UHGV virus genome: UHGV-0241168
Origin: a virus
DNA length: 51,465 bases
Reading direction: 5' to 3' (one strand)
The notes under the pieces are model-generated. The model was given only the letters and a program-made list of their open reading frames with translations. It had not been told where the DNA came from and searched no databases. Within the stretch, counting starts at the first letter, position 1; each line of letters opens with the position of its first letter. The position numbers and the translations under genes are program-made. Positions 26,253 to 34,820 of the stretch are shown piece after piece.

Positions 26253-26463
26253 TAATCTCGATGCGCTCAATCTCGTCCTCCGTAAATCCAATCAACAAGC
26301 CGTGTTCATTCTCCACATCGAACTCCAGAAATTCATTTCCATCATCATCAAAATCGTAGTCATACCCATAGAGTTCCCCGGTCGTTACACGTCCACTTGT
26401 GGAAAAAACTTTAATTTTCTTCCCAAAGTAAATCGTGGGATCGTTAATTATCATTTTTTCCAC
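26245..26463 (-). CDS. Putative immunity protein for the MuF toxin
   Basis: Small acidic beta protein overlapping the toxin gene stop. Confidence 0.6.
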   Translation of the reverse strand: MEKMIINDPTIYFGKKIKVFSTSGRVTTGELYGYDYDFDDDGNEFLEFDVENEHGLLIGFTEDEIERIEIIG

Positions 26464-28013
26464 CCCCCTGAAAACGGAACACCATGCGTACCGCTTTTGC
26501 TGTAATGGATTTTGATACTTCTTGCAATTATTATATCACCGTTTCTGTTAACTGTATAGCCAATTTCTTTTCCGGCATCAATAATTTCTGTGTTTTTCCA
26601 CTTTGTAAAATCATCTGTAAGATTGATTTTTCCGCTACCTGCCTTCGCGTTTATGATCGCTTGCAACTCCTCCACAGAAACCGTTATCACGCTTCTGCCC
26701 GGTGTAGCAGTGCCGGCCATATGCCGCGCCTGTTTCTCCGGATTGATCTCTAATGGATATTCACCGTTGCGGATCGCCTGCCTGATTGGCGCTTCTGCAT
26801 CACGCTGCACTTTGAGTGCCGAGGCGGTTTGTTCGGATTCAATATCCGTATAGGTAACCTGCATCCTTTCCCGCTGCAATGGCAAACCCGCAGCTTCGCT
26901 AAAATCTCTGTATTCCTTGTTCAGACGCCGGATGCGGGCTGTCACCGTCTGGGCGTCCTCTTCAAGCCCTGCCGCCTTATATGCAGTCTGTTCCCGCTTC
27001 AGCTTTCGGATGGTCCGCTCGATCTGGCGTTGCTTTTGTGTAGCTTCATAAGCTGTATAACGTTTGCCCTCAAACTCCACATCATGCCCGTCGTCAATGT
27101 GTTCCAGTTCTTTGTCGGTATACGTCCGCTCCATCACGCCGTCTACAAAAGCGGTCCTGATATGACGGCAGTTGGCTCCCTCTAAACCATCCACATAGCC
27201 AAGTCCGCATACTTCATAGATACTTGGGTATTTGTCTCCGGTTCTAACAGAATACACCCGGCCCTGCCACGCTTTATGGTTCTGCCATCCAGTACCTTGA
27301 TCTCGTGCCCCGATGTGGGCTGATACTTCAAAATATGGCGTTTCTAAGTATTCCGCACTCTGCTCCGTATATTTGGCACAGAGCTGGGAGACGCCCGTCA
27401 TCACTGCTCGGCGGGCTGCTACGTCGATTTGGTCTCGGTGTCCGCTCTCATAAGCCACGATCTTGATGCCGCTGTCTGCAAGCTGCTTAACAGTATTTCT
27501 AATAGCTTGGTTATAGCTGACTGCTCCGCTCATAACCTGCATCTCCGCGTTATCCAGCGCCCATTGATAAGCACGGGCTGGTGCCAGCATCGTCCGCCCA
27601 CTGTCCACCAGAAAGCCCATGGATCGGGTCAGGTTGCTGACCTCTCTTTGTGCCTGCGCCGTAATCGCGGCAATATCCATAGCGCTTACCAATGTCTCAG
27701 GAGCCGTCATCCCCGCAAGGTCTATGACCTCTTTGTAATACCGCTGGTTACGTTCCACCACGTCCTCCAGCAGTCTATTGAGCCGTTGCTCGCTGATATT
27801 GGCCGTTCGCTGGATGGCCCTCTCTATCTCTTTTAGGCCAATTCCATGTGACCGCAGAGCCCGGATATCCTGCACCGTGACCTCATTCAGTTCTCCGGCC
27901 AGTTTCAGACGAGAGCATATTTCATCAAGGAGCGTCTCTTCCAGGCTTCGGAACAACTCCGCTAATTCTTCCGGAAGCGCATCCAAAACTTCTGGAGAAA
28001 ACGGGTATCTCAT
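26451..28013 (-). CDS. Minor capsid (MuF-type) protein with C-terminal Ntox50-like polymorphic toxin
   Basis: VSAH.GAR, H..WQG.VY, GL.GANCRH, YEATQKQR..ER; C-terminal KQARH...KIHYSKSGTHGVP. Confidence 0.82.
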   Translation of the reverse strand: MRYPFSPEVLDALPEELAELFRSLEETLLDEICSRLKLAGELNEVTVQDIRALRSHGIGLKEIERAIQRTANISEQRLNRLLEDVVERNQRYYKEVIDLAGMTAPETLVSAMDIAAITAQAQREVSNLTRSMGFLVDSGRTMLAPARAYQWALDNAEMQVMSGAVSYNQAIRNTVKQLADSGIKIVAYESGHRDQIDVAARRAVMTGVSQLCAKYTEQSAEYLETPYFEVSAHIGARDQGTGWQNHKAWQGRVYSVRTGDKYPSIYEVCGLGYVDGLEGANCRHIRTAFVDGVMERTYTDKELEHIDDGHDVEFEGKRYTAYEATQKQRQIERTIRKLKREQTAYKAAGLEEDAQTVTARIRRLNKEYRDFSEAAGLPLQRERMQVTYTDIESEQTASALKVQRDAEAPIRQAIRNGEYPLEINPEKQARHMAGTATPGRSVITVSVEELQAIINAKAGSGKINLTDDFTKWKNTEIIDAGKEIGYTVNRNGDIIIARSIKIHYSKSGTHGVPFSGGWKK

Positions 28014-29392
28014 TCAATCTCATTCTCTCCTTCGTTCGTCATGTCCTCCATTTTCGGCAGCATTTTCTTGGCTGTGGCCTCGTCCTCTCCATACCATTTT
28101 GCCCGGTATTCCCAATCATTCATCACGCCCATGGAAACATCCTGCCGGTCGTTAGCCCGCTCCTTTTCCTTTGCGTCAGCGTCATCAAGAACGCTGTCTC
28201 CCCAAGAATAGGTGACTTCATAGCCTCCAGCAGGCGCCAGATTGTACAGTGTAGCATACACGTCCATGGCATAGATCAGGCTGTCAAAGGTATGCTGTAA
28301 CGCTTTTTGAATGCTATCGATAGTGATAAACATCCGCTGTTTGCTGTTGCGAATCTCTGTCGCCGTCTTTTCAACACTTTGTGGGTCTGACAGCGTGCCA
28401 TAAGAGAGGCCAACCTGGAACTCAATTTGTTTCAGAATATTTTGTAGCCCTCGATAAAGCGGTTCGTCCCGAAAAGAGGGTTCAAACTGTTCAAAAAACT
28501 TGCCGTCCCTGGAGAACGGAGCAATCTCAAACAAGCGTTTGTCGAAGTCCCTTGCTACTGTTTCTGTAGCGTCCATAAATATCTTTCTCTGGCCGCTCTT
28601 GTACTCCCACCGGATCAAATCCCACTGCTCGTCCGCTCTTTGGATGAGGTCTACCGCGGCCCCTCCATATACGGACACACCGGTTTTATCATCGGTGTCC
28701 ACATTGTTTGACTGCGGGGGCTTAAAATAGGCAAAGAGCGGTCCTTCCAGGTTTTCTATCTTGACTTCTGGCGGGATATCCGCCCAATCCGGAACCTCAT
28801 TCAAAGCGGCTGCAGGTCCCACGGAACCGCTGCTGTCGCTGCGGTATGCTTTGTTCTGGATGGTATATGTAGTACCCTCTAAGTTGTGGTATTCCAGCCG
28901 GACATAGTATTTATCATTGGCTTGTGCTTTTTCACGGAACACGCCTCCAACACAGGTACCAGAAGCATCAAATTTTGTAGGCTGAAACGCTGCCGCGCTA
29001 GTTCCGTCCACCAAAATACGGTTCCCATAAACATACGGTTTCAGCGCAATACCACCTGTTGCAAGCCCAAGCTCAAGCTGCTGTAGGAACCTTTCTTGCG
29101 CTGCTTGAAACTGCTCGTTGTGATAGTCCGCCCTGGCACTGCCCGCAATGCTTACTGTGAGTTCCGCCAGCGTCGGGCGGGCAATCTCTCTACAGATCGC
29201 TGCTGGCAGGCCCATCGGAACCACAGGAGGAACCGCCCAGGGCGGTCGGTTGACATACATAGCAAACCACAGGTTGATGTTCCGCTCCATTGTCTGTCCC
29301 GTGGCAGGCTTAACGCCAAACTCCCGCTGAGTCACCGCCTGCGGAAATATGAAGTTTTTCAAGCGGCCCAACCAGCCGACAAAAACACTCAT
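28010..29392 (-). CDS. Portal protein (A118/SPP1-like)
   Basis: 460 aa after terminase; GLSYGTL, KTATEI, WYGEDE.TA. Confidence 0.88.
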   Translation of the reverse strand: MSVFVGWLGRLKNFIFPQAVTQREFGVKPATGQTMERNINLWFAMYVNRPPWAVPPVVPMGLPAAICREIARPTLAELTVSIAGSARADYHNEQFQAAQERFLQQLELGLATGGIALKPYVYGNRILVDGTSAAAFQPTKFDASGTCVGGVFREKAQANDKYYVRLEYHNLEGTTYTIQNKAYRSDSSGSVGPAAALNEVPDWADIPPEVKIENLEGPLFAYFKPPQSNNVDTDDKTGVSVYGGAAVDLIQRADEQWDLIRWEYKSGQRKIFMDATETVARDFDKRLFEIAPFSRDGKFFEQFEPSFRDEPLYRGLQNILKQIEFQVGLSYGTLSDPQSVEKTATEIRNSKQRMFITIDSIQKALQHTFDSLIYAMDVYATLYNLAPAGGYEVTYSWGDSVLDDADAKEKERANDRQDVSMGVMNDWEYRAKWYGEDEATAKKMLPKMEDMTNEGENEIE

Positions 29393-30564
29393 GCGATCTC
29401 TCTCCACATAATGGTGTTACAAAAATAGCGCATCTGGTCCATTGAGTGATCTGACTCTTTAATGACTTTGTCTTCCCCGGCATCTCCATCCCACATGTAG
29501 GATTGAAATTCCTGGAACGTATTCTCGCAGCTCTCGTGAAACTTGATCCGTCCGGTTTGCAGCAAAGTTGCCGTCAGCCGGATTCCATCCAAAACAGAGT
29601 TATCCGCATCCCACACGGCAAATTTCCCATGCCGATGTATGCACTCCTTGAAACTTGCCGCAGAAGGGTCAACGATCACACGTTCGATCTTCTTCCCATC
29701 CGCAAACTTCTCCAGGTCCTGATAATATTCTTCATCGGTCTTTTGTTTTTTCTTGGCCCGACCATCGTAATAATACTCCTTCAGCATGACAGCCTCCCCG
29801 CGATAAACGCGCCAGAGCCCCATCGCCGTTGGATTCATTGTGCCGTAGTCGATAGCGATATAATATAATCCAGGTCCATCAGGGTTTCCGCGAATAACAT
29901 GCTTGTCCATGCTGAACATAGGGTAGACAAGTCCCTCTGCCAGCGCCCATTCTCCTAATATGTACCGATCATAAAATACCGTTCCGGTGTACTCTCTTTT
30001 TAAATCGTCAACAAATTTTTTTGGCAAAAACGGGTTATCATCAATGGTATATGTCTGGCTGTATATATCCGCATCACTATCAAGAAACTGTTTTAGCCAG
30101 TGTCCGGGATATTGCGGATTGAAGGTACCATCAAAGCAAGAATACTCTTTATCTAGGCGGCTTTTCAGAAGTTCAAATACCTCTTCGCTCCAGTCGGCCA
30201 CCTCATCCCCATAGCAGTATTTGATGGATGCGCCACGAATTTTTGATACTTGGGAAACCTTCTCAGCTCCCAGGCAATAGCATTTCTCTCCAAACAACCA
30301 TGCTGTGTTATCACTGGAAATTGAGCCAACCAGCGTGTCTCCATATAGGTTCCGCATCGGCTCCAACACATTTCGTTCAATCGTTGATTTTGTAACCCCA
30401 AGAATAACTGTCAGCCCATCTTTCCCGACGCGATCTCGGATGCGAATTGGAATCATCCACCGAAAATCAAGATAAGTCTTTCCGCTTCTGGTTGCGCCAC
30501 CTTTGAAATTCCACCGCCTATTGGCGTTCAGAACAAATTCATGTTGTTTCGGACTTAACAGCAT
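29389..30564 (-). CDS. Terminase large subunit (PBSX-like)
   Basis: Walker A GATRSGKT, Walker B YGDE, IDYG..NP, DPSA, DH.MD..RY. Confidence 0.95.
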   Translation of the reverse strand: MLLSPKQHEFVLNANRRWNFKGGATRSGKTYLDFRWMIPIRIRDRVGKDGLTVILGVTKSTIERNVLEPMRNLYGDTLVGSISSDNTAWLFGEKCYCLGAEKVSQVSKIRGASIKYCYGDEVADWSEEVFELLKSRLDKEYSCFDGTFNPQYPGHWLKQFLDSDADIYSQTYTIDDNPFLPKKFVDDLKREYTGTVFYDRYILGEWALAEGLVYPMFSMDKHVIRGNPDGPGLYYIAIDYGTMNPTAMGLWRVYRGEAVMLKEYYYDGRAKKKQKTDEEYYQDLEKFADGKKIERVIVDPSAASFKECIHRHGKFAVWDADNSVLDGIRLTATLLQTGRIKFHESCENTFQEFQSYMWDGDAGEDKVIKESDHSMDQMRYFCNTIMWREIA

Positions 30565-30958
30565 CTTTGAACTCCTTTAACAGCCCATCCAATTTGTTTA
30601 AGCTGTCGTTTCCGCTTGCCGTGTTCTTTGTGGCTTTATCAACGATGATCCCGAAGGAAGTCGCAATTTGAGACAAACCAGCATCGTCTATCTTTTCAGG
30701 GTCCGTCAGTGCATTAAGATGAAGGTCTATTGCCTCTTGCATCTTCTCTTTACGGGAATCCATAAAGGCAAGCATATCCAATGTATTCTGTTTCTTTTTT
30801 TGTTGCGCTTTTTGGAAGAATCCTTCGCAATTCAGCACAATGCGTTTTACCGTGTCCTTTGATACACCATTCATCTTTGCCGTGGCGTTATAACTCTCGG
30901 TTTCCAGATAATCAGCCACTATTTTCTTTTTCTGGCGATCTGTCAGCCGTGCAGCCAT
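30539..30958 (-). CDS. Terminase small subunit
   Basis: N-terminal HTH, overlaps the large subunit start. Confidence 0.8.
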   Translation of the reverse strand: MAARLTDRQKKKIVADYLETESYNATAKMNGVSKDTVKRIVLNCEGFFQKAQQKKKQNTLDMLAFMDSRKEKMQEAIDLHLNALTDPEKIDDAGLSQIATSFGIIVDKATKNTASGNDSLNKLDGLLKEFKDAVKSETT

Positions 30959-30983
30959 AACACCACCTTCCTGTCAACTATTC

Positions 30984-31619
30984 TTATAGTTCCATATTGG
31001 GGTAAACTTTTTCCCACACGTTCACGTGGTAAGTATTGACTTCGCCATAATTGGCATCGAAAATCTTTTTAACTCCATATCCCTGTCGTTGGCTTTCGAG
31101 TTTGAGCTTCCGCCAGTCAAAAACCTTATATGATACTCCATTCAGATGTGCTACTCGTTTGATGGAATACCATTCCTTGCTCCTATCCAGCTCTGTCTCC
31201 AGCGCCTTTCTCTTATCCTGTTCGTCTCTTAGCGCAGTAAGCAGTTTGATGCCAAACTCCGGAGAGTTTATCATCTTATCGATCGTGTCCGAGGTCATGT
31301 AAGCCCCGTGCTTGCGAATGCTGGGTAATACCTCACTCGTCACCCAGCGCTTGAACTTCTTGGCCCCGGGAAGCTTGCTGGAAAGGACGAGGGAATACAG
31401 GCCGCTCTCGTTGATAAGTACAATCGGTGTCCCGTTGACGCTGAACGTTTCGTTCACCGTCTTATCCTCATCATCAACGTGGTCACGGATTGCCTTTTGT
31501 GGGTTCGTGTAACCCAGTGCTAATGCCACATCCTTACCAACCAGCAATGGCTCCCCGTCCAATCCCACAGTACGAATCTCCCCAAACTCAGGGTTGTTAA
31601 AAATCATCAAGTCGTTCAT
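30984..31619 (-). CDS. BRO-N domain (antirepressor-like) protein
   Basis: FNNPEFGEIRT, GKDVA.ALGY, INESGLYSLV, FKRWVTSEVLPSIRKHGAY. Confidence 0.92.
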   Translation of the reverse strand: MNDLMIFNNPEFGEIRTVGLDGEPLLVGKDVALALGYTNPQKAIRDHVDDEDKTVNETFSVNGTPIVLINESGLYSLVLSSKLPGAKKFKRWVTSEVLPSIRKHGAYMTSDTIDKMINSPEFGIKLLTALRDEQDKRKALETELDRSKEWYSIKRVAHLNGVSYKVFDWRKLKLESQRQGYGVKKIFDANYGEVNTYHVNVWEKVYPNMEL

Positions 31620-31624
31620 GGATA

Positions 31625-31729
31625 TACCGCCTTTCTGAATTTTCGTTTCCACCATTTATGTTGACCCAGGGAAGAGGAGTAAGGCGGCACCTCCCTTTTC
31701 AGCCCGTCGGCCTATCCCCGGTATTCAAC
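31625..31729 (-). promoter_or_regulatory. Structured 5' leader with anti-Shine-Dalgarno loop upstream of the BRO-N gene
   Basis: Multi-stem fold; loop TGCCGCCTT (31681-31689) complementary to RBS AAGGCGGTA (31625-31633). Confidence 0.55.
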
Positions 31730-31899
31730 CATTTTTCGAGAGGCGGCGGGATATTACCCCGCCATGCGTTTCCTCCCATTAGTCCCGCCCCCGTCTCGTG
31801 CAACTGCGGGGCGGCATATCCCCCTTTGCGAGGGAGCTGTGAGTTTTTCGGCTTTTCTCACTTGCCTTTCGCCAAGAAATTCTGTAAGGACTTGCGCCC

Positions 31900-31973
31900 T
31901 GGCACGGGTGGAAGGCTCTGTTCCCCCAACCTCCGGTTTTGGAGACCGGCGCTCTCCATTGAGCTACACCCGT
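31900..31973 (-). tRNA. tRNA-Trp(CCA) with atypical T-loop
   Basis: ACGGGTG/CACCCGT acceptor, GCTC/GAGC D-stem, CCGGT-CTCCAAA-ACCGG anticodon arm, encoded G-CCA end; T-loop AACAGAG. Confidence 0.85.
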
Positions 31974-32112
31974 ATATGTGCGCTTCCCGCTTAATTGTCA
32001 CACGCCGCATATCGGCCCCGATTGCGGAATTCTGGCGCAGTTTTCAGCGGGCATTGTCATTCTCTCTGAGGACTTGCGCTACGCTCAGATCATCCGGGAG
32101 CGACCCGGCCTC

Positions 32113-32206
32113 TGGTGGAACATCGCGGCCCTGCCCCGCTTTAGCACTTAGAGCAACGTGCCCTTCGCTTGCTGTGACCTCCCCGTTTTTGGGGTGCCTA
32201 TGTTCC
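32113..32206 (-). ncRNA. tRNA-like RNA without a canonical anticodon arm
   Basis: Perfect GGAACAT/ATGTTCC acceptor + A-CCA; GCGG/CCGC arm with 7-nt loop at the T-arm position. Confidence 0.55.
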
Positions 32207-32287
32207 GCATGCCCCCGTCTTTCCGGGGTGTCAGCTCCGTGGCCTTTGGAGCAGGCTTCATTTATGCCTCGCGAGGAGATCGTAAAT

Positions 32288-32346
32288 TGCCGCATGGAGG
32301 GTGCGACCCTCCGGCCCGGATGCGTGGGCTGATTCACTCGTGCGGC
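32288..32346 (-). ncRNA. Minimal tRNA-like RNA (acceptor + T-arm + one hairpin)
   Basis: GCCGCA/TGCGGC stem stacked on GGAGG-GTCGCAC-CCTCC. Confidence 0.5.
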
Positions 32347-32428
32347 ATAGGAGGCCCGGAGGCGGAGGCGAACCCCCGGGCAGAGGGGAAAAGGAGTGGG
32401 AGTGCAGAGATACGCCCCCACACTCCCA

Positions 32429-32469
32429 TTTTCCCATACATTGACTTTTCTGCTCCCACTTTTGTGGGA
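32429..32469 (-). promoter_or_regulatory. Putative late promoter with palindromic operator
   Basis: TCCCAC-N4-GTGGGA (32454-32469) upstream of a TGgGAAAAT extended -10-like element, right after an HTH gene. Confidence 0.45.
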
Positions 32470-32502
32470 ATTACCGCCTTATATTTTTGAGATGATGAAA
32501 AG

Positions 32503-32733
32503 TTATAGCCTGTGTACAAACGGGAAATTTGTCCGCCCCAGCAGATAGTCAGTGCTGACTCCATAGTAATCCGCGATCTTGTAAAGCGCATCCATTGAGG
32601 GCTCTACTTCTCCCCGCTCATATCGTCTCAACATATCAGGGTGCAGCCCCATCAGCTGTGATGTAACTGTCATACTCCGAACTGGCCGCATACTCTCCCT
32701 CAGCCTCCTCAGCCTATCCGGGAACTCATTCAA
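32503..32733 (-). CDS. XRE-family HTH protein, probable late regulator
   Basis: YERGEVEPS..L.KIADYYGVSTDYLLGR; last gene before the packaging operon. Confidence 0.85.
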   Translation of the reverse strand: MNEFPDRLRRLRESMRPVRSMTVTSQLMGLHPDMLRRYERGEVEPSMDALYKIADYYGVSTDYLLGRTNFPFVHRL

Positions 32734-33092
32734 GGGCTATCCCTCCTCACCTTTGGCGTATAAATTCGATTCTCGGTGTTCTTCTCAGCTTTCCGCACAT
32801 CTCCTAGCAACCGCTCAAGGCTTTTGATCGTTGAACGATTTGCGTCTATCCAGTCAAGAACCGGGGCCGTCTCACTCATAGTGTCCTTGGCAGCCCGTCT
32901 TTTCTGGCGGACTCCTCTCAGCTCCTTTGATAGACGAGCAAAGTCGTGATAGTCATGATCTTGAAGCTCCAAGCTATGTAGAATGTCCTGTGTCTCGTCA
33001 TTTGCTTCCTGCTCGTCCAATTCTGCCATGTGGTAACGTTTCTCGGTTTCTCGTAGATAGGAGAGGAAGGCTTCTATTCCTTGACTGGTCAA
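32730..33092 (-). CDS. Conserved coiled-coil hypothetical protein
   Basis: QDILHSLEL, R..RR.AKD, R.YTP motifs. Confidence 0.75.
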   Translation of the reverse strand: MTSQGIEAFLSYLRETEKRYHMAELDEQEANDETQDILHSLELQDHDYHDFARLSKELRGVRQKRRAAKDTMSETAPVLDWIDANRSTIKSLERLLGDVRKAEKNTENRIYTPKVRRDSP

Positions 33093-33095
33093 TCG

Positions 33096-33233
33096 CTATC
33101 CCTCCTCATGCTTGTCTCTGTTCTTGCTTGCAAGGGCATTCGCAATCGCGCATACTATTTCGTCGATGACGAGCAGAGCAAAAGTCAGCAAGAAAAAGGT
33201 CATCCACGGATGGGCAAGACACCATTCGGTCAT
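33096..33233 (-). CDS. Small membrane protein (45 aa)
   Basis: Manual translation MTEWCLAHPWMTFFLL...; GGAGGG RBS. Confidence 0.55.
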   Translation of the reverse strand: MTEWCLAHPWMTFFLLTFALLVIDEIVCAIANALASKNRDKHEEG

Positions 33234-33511
33234 GTGGCTATCCCTCCCACAATTCTAGCGCCCGCTTCAGACTCTAAAACGGTATGTAAATCCTCAATGC
33301 TGCAGTAGCCTTCCGCGATGCTGTCCGCCAAGTCTCCAACCTCTTTCCAGACCTTTTGCAGAGCTTCCAGATCAAAGCCCTCCTTATCGCGCAGGGCCAT
33401 CAAGAATAGAGCGCTTGCGAATTTGATGCCATCATCCCGCCCACGAAGCTCAGCCCGTTTTACATCTGCCTTTGACGCCGGTTGTCTGCGGGGGTTGACT
33501 TTTTTACTCAT
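33230..33511 (-). CDS. Hypothetical protein
   Basis: MSKKVNPRRQPASKADV start. Confidence 0.75.
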   Translation of the reverse strand: MSKKVNPRRQPASKADVKRAELRGRDDGIKFASALFLMALRDKEGFDLEALQKVWKEVGDLADSIAEGYCSIEDLHTVLESEAGARIVGGIAT

Positions 33512-33512
33512 G

Positions 33513-33722
33513 CTACTGATTCTCCTTTGGTGGTTCGGGGAGGGGCATCCATGCAACAACCTCAATCCAAGGTCGGCCTGTATTGTCAAGTAAATACCAA
33601 TGGTCCCCTGTGTAATGTGTCAATTCAAAATGTTCCGCTTTTTGAGATGTATTCCGCCAGTATACCAACACTTCTTGCCTCACTTCCGGCAACCGCTCCC
33701 TGACGCTAATCCAATCGCTCAT
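33513..33722 (-). CDS. DUF551 family protein
   Basis: WISVRERLPE ... VVAWMPLPEPP. Confidence 0.85.
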   Translation of the reverse strand: MSDWISVRERLPEVRQEVLVYWRNTSQKAEHFELTHYTGDHWYLLDNTGRPWIEVVAWMPLPEPPKENQ

Positions 33723-34126
33723 GCTGTCCGCCACCTCTCTAACACATTGATTATCTCAACTGCCGTGTCATAGTCGATACGGAATCTATTATAATATAGT
33801 TCGGAAATCAGGTTCCGCGCCTTGTAGGTGGTGTCTCGCCGCTTCTTCTCAGCAGCATCTTCCGCTTCTTGAAGCTCTGCCTCGATAAGCAATTCTGCCG
33901 TTGGCGGGCTAATCTCTCCAGGTGTTTTCCCATAGCCGCCTACTCTTCCAGACCAGCTCCATGGAGATTCTTTAAAACTGCCCCGATTGGTCCTGACAAT
34001 ACCAGATGGAGTGACTTTTTCTACTTTGGCAGTTTGAATCCTTCCCGCAACCCCAAACCCGCTGTATATCACGATATCTCCCGGCTTTAACGATTTCACC
34101 CATGCCAGTGATTCTTCTTTTGTCAT
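33719..34126 (-). CDS. Hypothetical protein
   Basis: 135 aa, LKPGD.V..., VEKVTPSG; overlapping start/stop. Confidence 0.75.
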   Translation of the reverse strand: MTKEESLAWVKSLKPGDIVIYSGFGVAGRIQTAKVEKVTPSGIVRTNRGSFKESPWSWSGRVGGYGKTPGEISPPTAELLIEAELQEAEDAAEKKRRDTTYKARNLISELYYNRFRIDYDTAVEIINVLERWRTA

Positions 34127-34503
34127 TGCCCGCCCTCCCCGTCGTGGATGTTGCTGATGATCTCAATTCCGCTCGTTGAAAGGTGCTTGTTTGCGCCCAT
34201 ACTTTCAGCGCCATTCAGCCAAACGCAAAATCTATTCCATTCTGGGTCATAGCATACAGGAGCTTCTTTTTGTTCACCTTTCCAGTTCGTCCAGCGGATA
34301 ATATCCCCCTCAAAAATCTTCTTCCTGTTCCTGTTGGTCAGGCCGGTGTACTCGCAGACCGTTGAGGGGTCAACCTCGTAAGCTTCACCATGTCGATTTC
34401 TGAGCATAATAAAGGGATTTAAGCTATCATGGAGTCGGTATAGATAACCTTCCACCCATGCACCATCACTCAGCCGTTTGGCTTTGAAAAGGATATCTCT
34501 CAT
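34123..34503 (-). CDS. YopX family protein
   Basis: MRDILFKAKR, WVEG, EYTGL.....KIFEGDII, EIISNIHD. Confidence 0.9.
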   Translation of the reverse strand: MRDILFKAKRLSDGAWVEGYLYRLHDSLNPFIMLRNRHGEAYEVDPSTVCEYTGLTNRNRKKIFEGDIIRWTNWKGEQKEAPVCYDPEWNRFCVWLNGAESMGANKHLSTSGIEIISNIHDGEGGQ

Positions 34504-34820
34504 TCTTTGCCCTCCATCTCAATCAAAAACGCCGCATTGCAGGCCAGATGCCATAGATGAGGCAGGCCGCTTTCCGGATCGCACTTCTCACCCTTAAGAT
34601 AGGACAGCCAGTGCCGGTATAAAGCATCCTGATAGCGCTGCGGCTCCACCTGCCGCCAATTCTCCGGGTCGTGGTACTTTTCATTTCCGTACATGCGGAC
34701 CGCCGTCACAGCCTCGATCAGAGACACAGGAACCAGAGTAGGGCGAGGCTTCCCTGCGTCGGCTTTGGCCTTCTGGTCATCTTCATGGACCCATTTGTTG
34801 GTAATCATAACTTCGTTCAT
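34500..34820 (-). CDS. dATP/dGTP diphosphohydrolase-domain (DUF5664-like) protein
   Basis: K.D.GKP, YG.EKY...NW, DALYRH, DPESGLPHLWHLACN..FL. Confidence 0.85.
   Translation of the reverse strand: MNEVMITNKWVHEDDQKAKADAGKPRPTLVPVSLIEAVTAVRMYGNEKYHDPENWRQVEPQRYQDALYRHWLSYLKGEKCDPESGLPHLWHLACNAAFLIEMEGKE

Noticed and set aside
31770..31816. HDV-like (theta) ribozyme near the tRNA (CCGCCCC/GGGGCGG stem followed by CTAATGGGAGG)
   Set aside because: I could not build the nested P2/P3/P1.1 pseudoknot in the required order by eye; a descriptor search would be needed
31658..32591. Several ORFs across the non-coding region
   Set aside because: They overlap a tRNA and dense hairpins, and lack an RBS and protein-like composition
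34500..34820. 2-aminoadenine (Z) genome pathway
   Set aside because: A dATP/dGTP diphosphohydrolase-like gene is present, but no PurZ, DatZ or phage DNA polymerase was seen
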